Shown here in pieces: positions 16,819-25,623 of a stretch of DNA of 64,000 bases. Both the position numbers and the translations under genes were made by a program. Source of the stretch: Gammaproteobacteria bacterium (lineage in GTDB: Bacteria > Pseudomonadota > Gammaproteobacteria > Steroidobacterales > Steroidobacteraceae); assembly GCA_040004115.1 (NCBI GenBank), contig JBDUBO010000011.1, forward strand, positions 77 through 64,076, written 5' to 3'. The stretch's first letter is position 1, and each line of letters opens with the position of its first letter. Under the pieces are notes generated by a model, which saw nothing but the letters and a program-made list of their open reading frames with translations, did no database searches and was not told where the DNA came from.

Positions 16819-18296
16819 GGTCCAAGATGAGCTGCCGAATGCCCTTGGTTGCGTTACCGTGCGTTGTTCTGGCGGCGGCTTCTGCCCTCGCCCATGCCGG
16901 CCAGGCACCTGGATTGGCGTCGGACCGCGATCTGCCGGTCAGTCACAGCGACCGGGTCTACGCGGCTGAACAGTTTTCCAATACGGTGTCCGTCACTGAT
17001 CCGAGTGACAACAAGCTTCTCGGTGTGATTCGTCTGGGCGACCCGTCGCCGGGAAACTTCAGTCCGCTGTACCGTGGCCAGGTGCTGGTGCATGGCTTGG
17101 GCTTCTCTCCGGACCACCACACGCTGGCCGTGGTCTCGATCGGCTCTAACTCGGTCACCTTTATCGATACCGCGACCAATGCGGTAAAGCACACCACCTA
17201 TGTTGGACGCTCTCCTCACGAAGCGTTCTTTACGCCCGACGGTTCCGAGGTTTGGGTCACCGTGCGAGGCGAGAACTATGTCTCAGTGCTGGACGCCGCA
17301 ACCTACCAGGAGAAGGCACGTATCGTGACGCCGAATGGACCCGGCATGCAGATCTTCTCTCCCGACGGCAAGTATGGATACGTCTGTTCGTCCTTCACGC
17401 CCGAGACTGTGGTCGTTTCGGTCGCTTCGCATGAGATCGTCGGCCGGGTCAAGCAGGAGAGCCCATTCTGTCCGAACATTGCTGCCACGCCCGATGGAAA
17501 ACAGGTCTGGCTCACGTTAAAAGACGTGGGTCGCACCATGGTTTTCGACGCGCGGCCGCCGTTCGCGATTATCAAATCCCTGGATACCGGTGCTATTACC
17601 AATCACGTCAACTTCGCCTGGACGAAGCAAGGGACGTTTGCCTACGTCAGCATCGGCGGCCTGAACCAGGTAAAAGTTTTCAGGACCGACGACTTCTCGC
17701 TAGTCGCCACCATTCCAGTCGGTGAGCTGCCGCACGGCATTTGGCCCTCGGGCGACGGTTCCCGAATGTACGTCGGCCTCGAGAACGACGATGCGCTACA
17801 GGTGATAGACACTGCCTCGAAAGCCGTCGTCGGCGAGATTTCGATCGGCCAAGCCCCGCAGGCGCTCGTCTACGTTGCACGCGCGGTGCCCGAGGGTGCC
17901 GGGTCACAGGCTCTCCTGCCGCTCGCTGTCGCCGGCCAGGCAACTCACTTGGCATTAGTTGCCGTGGCAAACGGCAGCACACCTCACGGGACGATCGTTC
18001 GTACCAGCATTAGCCTCTTCGATCAGGGGTTTGTGCAGGTCCTGGAGGCGTCAGTCACTGGGCTTATGCCCATGCAATCCTATGTACTGGCGCTTGCCGA
18101 GAGCCCTGACGGGTCCGGCGCGTTGCAGGCTCTCGCAAACTTCACGGCGAATCCTGCCGGCGCGGCCATCGTGAATTCGATCGGCCCCATCCGCCAGATC
18201 GTTCAAGCCGACCGTATTGCCGAGCGCCGTTATCTGGTCATTGCGATGCAAACGGCGGGTGGTCCTGGCAAGCCGGTCCAAATTCAGGAACCGTAG
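16815..18296 (+). CDS. secreted beta-propeller repeat protein (YVTN/YncE-like) with an extra C-terminal domain
   Basis: Signal peptide, then repeated blades of the type V.VID..T..V...I.VG..PHG..FSPDG (SVTDPSDNKLLGVI, FIDTATNAVKHT, VLDAATYQEKARI, VIDTASKAVVGEI). 4-nt overlap with the DUF305 gene. Confidence 0.7.
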   Translation: MRSKMSCRMPLVALPCVVLAAASALAHAGQAPGLASDRDLPVSHSDRVYAAEQFSNTVSVTDPSDNKLLGVIRLGDPSPGNFSPLYRGQVLVHGLGFSPDHHTLAVVSIGSNSVTFIDTATNAVKHTTYVGRSPHEAFFTPDGSEVWVTVRGENYVSVLDAATYQEKARIVTPNGPGMQIFSPDGKYGYVCSSFTPETVVVSVASHEIVGRVKQESPFCPNIAATPDGKQVWLTLKDVGRTMVFDARPPFAIIKSLDTGAITNHVNFAWTKQGTFAYVSIGGLNQVKVFRTDDFSLVATIPVGELPHGIWPSGDGSRMYVGLENDDALQVIDTASKAVVGEISIGQAPQALVYVARAVPEGAGSQALLPLAVAGQATHLALVAVANGSTPHGTIVRTSISLFDQGFVQVLEASVTGLMPMQSYVLALAESPDGSGALQALANFTANPAGAAIVNSIGPIRQIVQADRIAERRYLVIAMQTAGGPGKPVQIQEP

Positions 18297-18298
18297 AA

Positions 18299-19453
18299 TT
18301 GCCTGAACGCGACACGGATGCCAATCATAAATCCATCGGTACGGCGCGTCAGGTGTACGACGGGACCCTGACTTCCGACATTCAGGTCAATACTTTTCGT
18401 AACACCGAGCGATTATTCCCGGTGCGGGTCGTCAAGCATGGGCCCCACGTGCTCGCCCTGCCCAAGGCAGCCGTGCCGTTGATCAAGGTCGAATTCAGTT
18501 CCGGCGGCAAGGCCTACGACCTGATCGATTACATGGCCTTGAATCGCGTCACCGCGCTCTTGGTGCTGAAGAATGGCAAGATTGCCTACGAAGATTATGA
18601 AATGGGCAACACCGAGAGGACTCACTGGATGTCCATGTCCATTGCCAAGTCGATCACTTCTTCGTTGATGGGTGCGGCGATTCGGGATGGACATATCAAG
18701 AGCGTCGATGACTCGGTGACCCAGTACGTCACGGAGCTCAAGGGCAGCGCATACGACGGCGTCAGCATTCGAAACCTGCTGCAAATGGCCTCGGGAGTGA
18801 AGTGGGACGAGACGTATACCGACCCTGCGTCGGACCGGCGCCACATGCTGGAGGCGCAGATTGCGCAGCGCCCCGGTGCAATCCTGGATTTGATGGCCAA
18901 ACTCCCGCGCGCGGGCACGCCAGGTACGCTCTGGAATTACAGCACCGGAGAGACTTTCGTCGCCGGCGCCGTGGTGAGCTCGGCGGTCGGCCGCTCCCTT
19001 TCGCAATATTTATCGGAGAAAATCTGGAGCAAGGCCGGCATGGAGTCCGACGCAACGTGGTGGCTGGAATCCCCCAACGGGCAAGAAATCGGCGGCAGCG
19101 GCTTAAGCGCCACCCTGCATGATTATGGGCGCTTTGGGCTGTTCCTCATGAACAGGGGAGTAGCTGGCGGCGAGAAAATTTTGCCCGATGGCTGGGTGCA
19201 GGACGCCGGCAGCAGCAAAATGATCGGCGGAAAAAGAGTTGACTACGGGTACATGATTTGGCCGTTCGCAGCAAGTCCCGGTTCCATAAACGAAGGCGCC
19301 TTCAAGGCGTACGGCATTTACGGCCAGAATGTCTACGTCAATCCCCGAGAGCACGTCGTGATCGTCGTGTGGAGCGCGCAGCCCAAGCCCGGCGGCAAGG
19401 CCGTGATCGAGGATGCGGATTTCTTCGCGGCTACGACGCTCGCCGTTCGATAG
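18299..19453 (+). CDS. serine hydrolase, beta-lactamase/transpeptidase-like family
   Basis: S-x-x-K motif in MSMSIAKSITSS; WNYSTGETF aligns with the second class C motif region. TTG start. Confidence 0.75.
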   Translation: MPERDTDANHKSIGTARQVYDGTLTSDIQVNTFRNTERLFPVRVVKHGPHVLALPKAAVPLIKVEFSSGGKAYDLIDYMALNRVTALLVLKNGKIAYEDYEMGNTERTHWMSMSIAKSITSSLMGAAIRDGHIKSVDDSVTQYVTELKGSAYDGVSIRNLLQMASGVKWDETYTDPASDRRHMLEAQIAQRPGAILDLMAKLPRAGTPGTLWNYSTGETFVAGAVVSSAVGRSLSQYLSEKIWSKAGMESDATWWLESPNGQEIGGSGLSATLHDYGRFGLFLMNRGVAGGEKILPDGWVQDAGSSKMIGGKRVDYGYMIWPFAASPGSINEGAFKAYGIYGQNVYVNPREHVVIVVWSAQPKPGGKAVIEDADFFAATTLAVR

Positions 19454-19480
19454 TATCTGACCGCATCGGGCTGTGCGCCT

Positions 19481-19846
19481 TCAGCGTGCGCGCTTCTTGC
19501 TGCGGCGCGCGGCGGGCCTCGACGGCATTGCGGCGATGGCGATGGATCGACGTGCCCATGCGCTGCACTCTTCGGCGTCTTCGAGAATATCCGCCGGCAC
19601 TTCGTAGTAGCTCATGCTGAGTTGGGGCTTGTTGGCATACGGGCGAAAGCGGCCCATGCCGCGCGTCTCGTAGTCGCCGCGGTTTGCATCGTTCACTTTG
19701 AAATACAGGGTATCGCCCATGACGATGGCGAAGAAACGCTGGTCTTGATATAGACCGACGCCGCCGAACATGCGCCGCGGCGTGACATCCTTAAGTCGCT
19801 GCAGTTGCTCCAATACGAATTGCAAGTATTCGTCGGTGACGGTCAT
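19481..19846 (-). CDS. TfoX/Sxy N-terminal domain protein
   Basis: MTVTDEYLQFVLEQL...RRMFGGVGLYQDQRFFAIVMGDTLYFKVND is a typical TfoX_N sequence. Start moved to Met 19846 inside the supplied ORF. Confidence 0.75.
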   Translation of the reverse strand: MTVTDEYLQFVLEQLQRLKDVTPRRMFGGVGLYQDQRFFAIVMGDTLYFKVNDANRGDYETRGMGRFRPYANKPQLSMSYYEVPADILEDAEECSAWARRSIAIAAMPSRPAARRSKKRAR

Positions 19847-19898
19847 TCGCGCCCCTCCTGCATCGACAGTCCACACGCAATATCTTACGATTCGACCC

Positions 19899-20801
19899 AT
19901 GAATTGGAAGCTGCATCTGCCGGAGATCTTTCTCGGCATTTCCTTAGGGATGATTGCGATCGAGGCGGCCTTGAGCAGCCTGGCGGTGGTCATTGCTCGC
20001 TATCGCACGGCTGACACGTTTGCCTCGCTCGGCATGCAGGCGGGCAATATTGCCATGAACCTGTTGATGGCCGGAATCGTATTCACCGGTCTAACTGCGG
20101 CCTACAAGTTCCGTTTGTTCGACATATCCCCGAGCTCGGCATGGGCCTGGCTGGCGATCTTCTTTCTCGATGACTTCATCTACTACTGGTTCCATCGCAT
20201 CAGTCATGAGTGCCGTTTCTGGTGGGCGGCGCATGTGAATCATCACTCGTCGCAAGAATACAATTTGTCCACGGCGATCCGACAATCATGGACCAGCGTC
20301 GTCGTGGGCACCTGGACGCCGTGGATTCCGCTGGCGCTGCTGGGGTTTCCGCCGGCGATGATCCTGGCGCAGCAAGGCTTCAATCTGTTCTATCAGTTTT
20401 GGATCCATACCGAAGCCATCCGACGCATGCCGGCCTGGTTCGAATACCTATTCAATACTCCCTCGCATCATCGAGTACACCATGCGTCCAACGCGCGCTA
20501 CCTCGACCGCAACTACGCCGGCGTGTTGATGGTCTGGGACCGCCTGTTCGGTACCTTCGTGGCGGAACGCGACGATGAGCCGCCGCGCTACGGGATTGTC
20601 AAGAACATTGATACATTCAATCCCGTTCGCATTGCCTTTCACGAATGGGCGGCCATCGTTCGGGAGGTGTTTGCCGCGGGCTCGGTAAACGAGGCATTGG
20701 GCACGATTTTTGGTCCGCCCGGCTGGCGCACCGACGGCCGGGGGCTCACGTCGAAAAATATCCGCGCCGAATGGAGAGCACGCCATGCAACAAGGGCCTG
20801 A
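19899..20801 (+). CDS. sterol desaturase / fatty acid hydroxylase family membrane protein
   Basis: Three His boxes: HRISH, HVNHH and HHRVHH. Start at ATG 19899 (MNWKLHLPEIF). Confidence 0.85.
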   Translation: MNWKLHLPEIFLGISLGMIAIEAALSSLAVVIARYRTADTFASLGMQAGNIAMNLLMAGIVFTGLTAAYKFRLFDISPSSAWAWLAIFFLDDFIYYWFHRISHECRFWWAAHVNHHSSQEYNLSTAIRQSWTSVVVGTWTPWIPLALLGFPPAMILAQQGFNLFYQFWIHTEAIRRMPAWFEYLFNTPSHHRVHHASNARYLDRNYAGVLMVWDRLFGTFVAERDDEPPRYGIVKNIDTFNPVRIAFHEWAAIVREVFAAGSVNEALGTIFGPPGWRTDGRGLTSKNIRAEWRARHATRA

Positions 20802-20857
20802 CCCCGACAAGGATACTTGGGTGAGCGGTAGCGGCGGCTTTGATTTGACGTCGATCC

Positions 20858-21571
20858 GTGCCGGCGAATGATGCACACCGCATGAGTCGCCGCCCGCGAT
20901 CACCGCTTATGTCCATTGCCGCGGCGTTGTTTGCCATCGGGTATCTGTGCGTCGCCGACGGCGCGTCGGCGCGTCATCGCAGCCACGTGAGTACTGCCGA
21001 GTCCGGCGACTTCGCCTACTACCTGCTGTCGCTGTCTTGGTCGCCCGCATTCTGTTTGTCGTCACCAAACGCCAAAGAGTGCAACGGACCTCGGCGCTAT
21101 GGATTCATCGTGCACGGGCTTTGGCCGCAAAACGAACAGGGTTGGCCGGAACACTGCGACATGCACCGTCAGGTACCCGACGAGGTGGTGCAGGCCGTCG
21201 CCGACGTAATGCCCGCTCGAGAGCTGGTTTACCACGAATGGTCGGCGCACGGGACGTGCAGCGGGCTGGAGCCCGCCGCGTACTTCGAATTGCTGCGCCG
21301 CGCCTATGCGAGCGTCACCATTCCGCGGGAGCTGCTGCGGCCGGCTCAGGCGAGTGAGCAGTCGCCGGCCGTCATCGCCGACGCATTCTTGCGCGCCAAT
21401 CCGCGCATTCCCTTGCAATCGGTGGTGGTCACCTGCACGGGACAAGAAGTACCACGACTGCGTGAGGTTCATATTTGCCTGAGGCGCGACCTGACGCCGC
21501 GCAGCTGCACCGCCGACGTGGTTCGCGCCGCCTGCCGAGCGTCCCAAGTCATCATTCCACCGATTCGCTGA
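20858..21571 (+). CDS. ribonuclease T2 family (RNase I-like), secreted
   Basis: CAS I motif FIVHGLWPQ and CAS II motif HEWSAHGTC, with an N-terminal hydrophobic signal-like segment. Confidence 0.85.
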   Translation: MPANDAHRMSRRPRSPLMSIAAALFAIGYLCVADGASARHRSHVSTAESGDFAYYLLSLSWSPAFCLSSPNAKECNGPRRYGFIVHGLWPQNEQGWPEHCDMHRQVPDEVVQAVADVMPARELVYHEWSAHGTCSGLEPAAYFELLRRAYASVTIPRELLRPAQASEQSPAVIADAFLRANPRIPLQSVVVTCTGQEVPRLREVHICLRRDLTPRSCTADVVRAACRASQVIIPPIR

Positions 21572-21580
21572 AGAGGACCT

Positions 21581-22045
21581 ATGGATAGACCGCCGCTACC
21601 GCCATTTACCTTGGAAACAGCCACGCAAAAAGCGCGCATGGCCGAAGACGCGTGGAATACACGCGATCCGGCGCGGGTCGCCCTTGCCTACACGCCGGAC
21701 AGCCGCTGGCGTAACCGCGCCGAATTCCTTCAAGGCCGAGATGCCATCCAGGGGTTTTTGTCGCGTAAGTGGGCCCATGAGCTGGACTACCGGTTGATCA
21801 AGGAGCTCTGGGCATTTCGCGACAATCGAATAGCCGTGCGCTTTGCCTACGAATGGCATGACGACAGCAGTCAGTGGTTTCGCAGCTACGGCAACGAAAA
21901 CTGGGAGTTCGACGAGCACGGCCTGATGAGCTTGCGGATCGCCAGCATCAACGATTTGCCCATCGCCGAGACCGATCGGCAGTATCGCTGGCCGCTGGGG
22001 CGCCGGCCGGATGGACACCCGGCCTTGAGTGAGCTCGGGCTGTAA
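21581..22045 (+). CDS. DUF1348-family (NTF2-like) protein
   Basis: [43 protein letters not shown] and [27 protein letters not shown] are typical of DUF1348. Confidence 0.75.
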   Translation: MDRPPLPPFTLETATQKARMAEDAWNTRDPARVALAYTPDSRWRNRAEFLQGRDAIQGFLSRKWAHELDYRLIKELWAFRDNRIAVRFAYEWHDDSSQWFRSYGNENWEFDEHGLMSLRIASINDLPIAETDRQYRWPLGRRPDGHPALSELGL

Positions 22046-22148
22046 CCCAAGGCTCCGCTTGCCTTTTGAGGCCTCGGGCGCCATGTAGGAGTGATTGGCC
22101 GCGCGCCGCGACACCGGCCTATGCAGGCGGTCCGATATCTGAAGTAAG

Positions 22149-23180
22149 ATGAATGGGATGGAACGACACGACTCTAGCGGGCATGAGCATGACCACGGCG
22201 ACGAGCACGCGGCTGAGCAAGGGCATGACCCCAATCATGCTCAAGGGGGCGGGCATGCCCATGGGCATGGCCACGCGCATGGTATCGCCACCCACAGCAT
22301 CAATACCCGGATGGCGATTGCGGTCGGGCTCAACTTGGTTTTCGTTGCCATTGAGGGTGGTTTTGGCTTTCTGTCAAATTCGGTGGCCTTGATCGCGGAC
22401 GCCGGTCATAATTTGAGCGACGTTCTGGGACTGGTGTGTGCTTGGACCGCCATGTATTTGGGGCGTCGGCCGCCGGGTGCCAGGTTCACCTACGGCCTGG
22501 GACGATCCTCCGTATTAGCGGCTCTCGCCAATGCCGTGCTGTTGTTGTTGGCCTGCGGCGCCATCGCCTGGGAGGCCATTGGCCGCCTTGCGTCGCCGCC
22601 CGCCGTCGCCGGCGCTACGGTGATGTGGGTGGCGGCCAGCGGCATCGTTATCAACGGTCTATGCGCCTGGCTGCTGCACGCCGGCAGTCACGGCGACTTG
22701 AACCGTCGCACTGCCTTCATCCACATGCTGGGGGACGCCGCCGTATCCGTCGGCGTACTACTGTCGGGTGCGCTGATTTTATATACCGGCTGGAGCCGGC
22801 TGGACCCCATCGTCAGCTTGTTGATCGTCGCGGCGATTTTGCTGAGCACATGGGGATTGTTGCGGGATTCCCTGCACCTATCGCTGGATGGCGTGCCGGC
22901 GAGCGTTAATTCCACGGCGGTGATGTCTTTCTTATCCCATCAGCACGGGGTGACCGACGTACACGATCTGCACATTTGGGCGCTCAGCACCACCAGCGTG
23001 GCCCTGACCGCCCACCTGGTGGTGCCTGATCGCGGCGCGGAAGACGCGCTCCTCGACTCCCTCACCCCAAATCTCAAACGCCGCTTCCATATCCACCACG
23101 CCACGTTGCAGATTGAACGCGACCGCTGCGAACACGGTTGCGAGGCGGAAGCGGAAGCGGAAACTGAGGCTGAAGCATGA
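22149..23180 (+). CDS. cation diffusion facilitator (CzcD/ZitB-like) metal efflux transporter
   Basis: His-rich N-terminus (GHEHDHGDEH..GHAHGHGHAHG). The TM2 and TM5 metal-site motifs are HNLSD and HMLGD. The C-terminal tail is EAEAEAETEAEA. Confidence 0.9.
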   Translation: MNGMERHDSSGHEHDHGDEHAAEQGHDPNHAQGGGHAHGHGHAHGIATHSINTRMAIAVGLNLVFVAIEGGFGFLSNSVALIADAGHNLSDVLGLVCAWTAMYLGRRPPGARFTYGLGRSSVLAALANAVLLLLACGAIAWEAIGRLASPPAVAGATVMWVAASGIVINGLCAWLLHAGSHGDLNRRTAFIHMLGDAAVSVGVLLSGALILYTGWSRLDPIVSLLIVAAILLSTWGLLRDSLHLSLDGVPASVNSTAVMSFLSHQHGVTDVHDLHIWALSTTSVALTAHLVVPDRGAEDALLDSLTPNLKRRFHIHHATLQIERDRCEHGCEAEAEAETEAEA

Positions 23181-23596
23181 AAAACACTTATGGACTTCTC
23201 GCTCTCGCCACGCTGGTCTTTTCGCAGCTCATCTACGCGGCGACGAATCAGGCCGAGACCGCTGCGGAAACCTCGGCAGTTGCATGGCTTAAGCTGGTGG
23301 ATTCGGCCGACTATGCCGGCAGCTGGGATGCCGCGGCGTCGACATTCAAGCAGTCGATATCGAAGCCACAATGGGGTTCCGCCGCCGCCGGCGCGCGCGC
23401 TCCGCTCGGCAAACTATTGTCCAGGACCCTGCAAACCGCCCGATACACGAAGTCTCTACCCGGCGCTCCGGAAGGCGAGTATGTGGTGATAACCTTCGCG
23501 GCGGTATTTGAAAACAAGGCCGCCGCGGTCGAAACCATCACGCCGACGCGAGATGCCGATGGCGCGTGGCGTGTCTCCGGCTACTACATTCGCTAG
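23177..23596 (+). CDS. DUF4019-like secreted protein
   Basis: Signal peptide, then AVAWLKLVDSADYAGSWDAAASTFKQSISKPQW...WRVSGYYI, which matches my recollection of DUF4019. 4-nt overlap with the CDF gene. Confidence 0.55.
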   Translation: MKNTYGLLALATLVFSQLIYAATNQAETAAETSAVAWLKLVDSADYAGSWDAAASTFKQSISKPQWGSAAAGARAPLGKLLSRTLQTARYTKSLPGAPEGEYVVITFAAVFENKAAAVETITPTRDADGAWRVSGYYIR

Positions 23597-24675
23597 GAAC
23601 CGCTTTCTGACTCGGGCTTGCGGAACAGATAGTGCGACACCAGCCACTGCTGACCTTGGGCGTAACCCCACAATTCCGCGCAGGACATGAAGAACACCCT
23701 CCAGTAGACCCACCAGCGCCGCACCTGATCGGCACCGTAGGTCTGCGCCAGGATCGGTTCGATGGCGGCGCGGTTTTTATCCATGTTTTGCAGCCAGTGC
23801 TCGCTGGTCTGACTGTAGTGGCGGCCGTCCACCTGCCAATGCTCTTGGAGCTGCAAGTCCTTCTGGAAGTAGAGCAATAGATCGTCGCTCGGCATGATGC
23901 CGCCGGTGAAAAAGTACTTCGCCATCCAGTCGCTCTCATCGCGCACTTCGAAGGGATAGGCGTAAGTGCGGTGGCTGAAGATATGCACGAACAAGGTTGC
24001 CGCGGGTTTGAGCCAGCCGGCGATGCTCTGCATCAGCCATTCGTAGTTGCGCATGTGCTCGAACATCTCGACGGATACCACGCGATCGAACTGCACATCC
24101 GCCGGGAACGACAGTTGGTTGACGTCGCAGGTGATCACCTCAAGATTCTCGATCCCACGCGCCGCCGCACGCGCATCGATGAAGGCCTTCTGAGTGCGCG
24201 AATTGGATACCGCGGTGATGTACGAACGAGGATAGCGCTCCGCCATCCACAGAGACAGCGAGCCCCAGCCACAGCCGAGTTCGAGGATTTTATCCCCGTC
24301 CTGCAATGCCGCCCGCTCGGCTGTGAGCCGCAGCATGTTTTCTTCCGCCTGATCCAGAGTGTCGCCGGAATCGCGATAGTAGCCCGACGAATACTTGAGG
24401 TGACGGCCTAGCACGAGTTCAAAAAAGGCGCACGGCAACTCGTAGTGCTGCTGATTCGCCTCGGCGGTATTGATGGCGATGGGGCTGCTCCGCAGGCGCC
24501 CGATCAGCTTCATCAAATGCCGCTGTTGCGCTTCGAGGCTGCCCCGATGTTCCTCGGTGAGCCTTGCGTTGAGCAGCCGCCGTATGCCGAATCGCACCAG
24601 AAAATCAGGCAACAGGTTGCGCTCCAGCAGGCGCATTGACCAGGACAGCGGCATCGGCATGGCTGCAGTATTCAT
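23593..24675 (-). CDS. SAM-dependent methyltransferase, cyclopropane-fatty-acyl-phospholipid synthase (Cfa/CMAS) family
   Basis: SAM motif ILELGCGWGSLSLWMA and the family-typical QQHYELPCAFFELVLGRHLKYSSGYY. Confidence 0.85.
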   Translation of the reverse strand: MNTAAMPMPLSWSMRLLERNLLPDFLVRFGIRRLLNARLTEEHRGSLEAQQRHLMKLIGRLRSSPIAINTAEANQQHYELPCAFFELVLGRHLKYSSGYYRDSGDTLDQAEENMLRLTAERAALQDGDKILELGCGWGSLSLWMAERYPRSYITAVSNSRTQKAFIDARAAARGIENLEVITCDVNQLSFPADVQFDRVVSVEMFEHMRNYEWLMQSIAGWLKPAATLFVHIFSHRTYAYPFEVRDESDWMAKYFFTGGIMPSDDLLLYFQKDLQLQEHWQVDGRHYSQTSEHWLQNMDKNRAAIEPILAQTYGADQVRRWWVYWRVFFMSCAELWGYAQGQQWLVSHYLFRKPESESGS

Positions 24676-24684
24676 ATGGCGGTC

Positions 24685-25149
24685 CTAGCTGATTTTCGCT
24701 GCGGCGCGCGCGAACACAGGCGTCAATAATTTATAGGACAGATAAACGGCAAAGGGAGCGACCATGATCCAGGCAAGGCCCGCATGCAGAATTGCGTCCC
24801 ACAGCACCACAATGGCATGTCCGGCGCCGCCCGCCAAAAGAGCGAGTCCCTCCTTGATCGACAGCGGTTGGGGAGGCACACGCAGAATCCATTCGCCGAG
24901 ACGGACGAAGGGAATTATCAGCAATACTTGCGTCGGCGCCATGACTGCTTGCACCAGCTGAATCGCCGGCAGGTTCAGGCGAAATGCCAGGGCGATGGCG
25001 GTGCAAAGAATGGTCGAGACGCCGAGAATCGGCATGTTACCCACCACCACGCCGATGGCGACGCATAGCGCCAGCCGATCCGCGGAGACACCCTGGCTCA
25101 ACAAAGCCAGGAGAGGCGCGAGAATTCTGCGGCGCAGCCAGTCCTTCAC
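24685..25149 (-). CDS. DUF2062-like membrane protein
   Basis: VKDWLRRRILAPLLALLSQGVSADRLALCVAIGVVVGNMPILG... Start set to GTG 25149, immediately after the upstream stop; the longer supplied ORF overlaps the DUF1475-like gene. Confidence 0.5.
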   Translation of the reverse strand: MKDWLRRRILAPLLALLSQGVSADRLALCVAIGVVVGNMPILGVSTILCTAIALAFRLNLPAIQLVQAVMAPTQVLLIIPFVRLGEWILRVPPQPLSIKEGLALLAGGAGHAIVVLWDAILHAGLAWIMVAPFAVYLSYKLLTPVFARAAAKIS

Positions 25150-25157
25150 GGAATGCG

Positions 25158-25505
25158 TCAGCGATTCCGCGTCGAGAGAATCGCCGCCGCATCCTGGTCG
25201 GGGCGCAATCGGATGAGCTGCAGCAGAACATAGGCCGACATGGCCATATTGCCCAGAAGCATGATGGCGATGAACCACGCGATCCTGGGTAACGACCGTG
25301 TCTCCTTGAAAAATACCCACACGTAGAAGGTCAGAAAGCCGAAATAGGCATCCATCAGGGTCGCGATGGTCCAATAACGATCCGATCCCGACGTCAAGCC
25401 GCCCCATTGCAGCACGGGCTGCTGCAAGCTTGCCCATCCCGTATACAGGAGCAATGACAGGAAAACGCCGGAGAACAGGATTTTTAAATTGGTTTTTGTC
25501 GACAT
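25158..25505 (-). CDS. DUF1475-like small membrane protein
   Basis: 115 aa, four hydrophobic segments (WTIATLMDAYFGFLTFYVWVFFKE). Tightly packed upstream of the DUF2062-like and Cfa-like genes. Confidence 0.5.
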   Translation of the reverse strand: MSTKTNLKILFSGVFLSLLLYTGWASLQQPVLQWGGLTSGSDRYWTIATLMDAYFGFLTFYVWVFFKETRSLPRIAWFIAIMLLGNMAMSAYVLLQLIRLRPDQDAAAILSTRNR

Positions 25506-25623
25506 AGGCGTACATTCCTAGCTTATTCGGTGAAAATTGCCCTTCGGATTCACCCTCTTCCAATATATCGATGTGGCTTAAGGCTGCCTGAGCCGTTACA
25601 GTCGATTCCAGGGAGAATTATGC

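Noticed and set aside
25150-25563. Upstream 138 codons of the 292-aa ORF 24685-25563
   Set aside because: It overlaps the better-supported DUF1475-like membrane-protein frame. DUF2062-like similarity begins at VKDWLRRR (GTG 25149).
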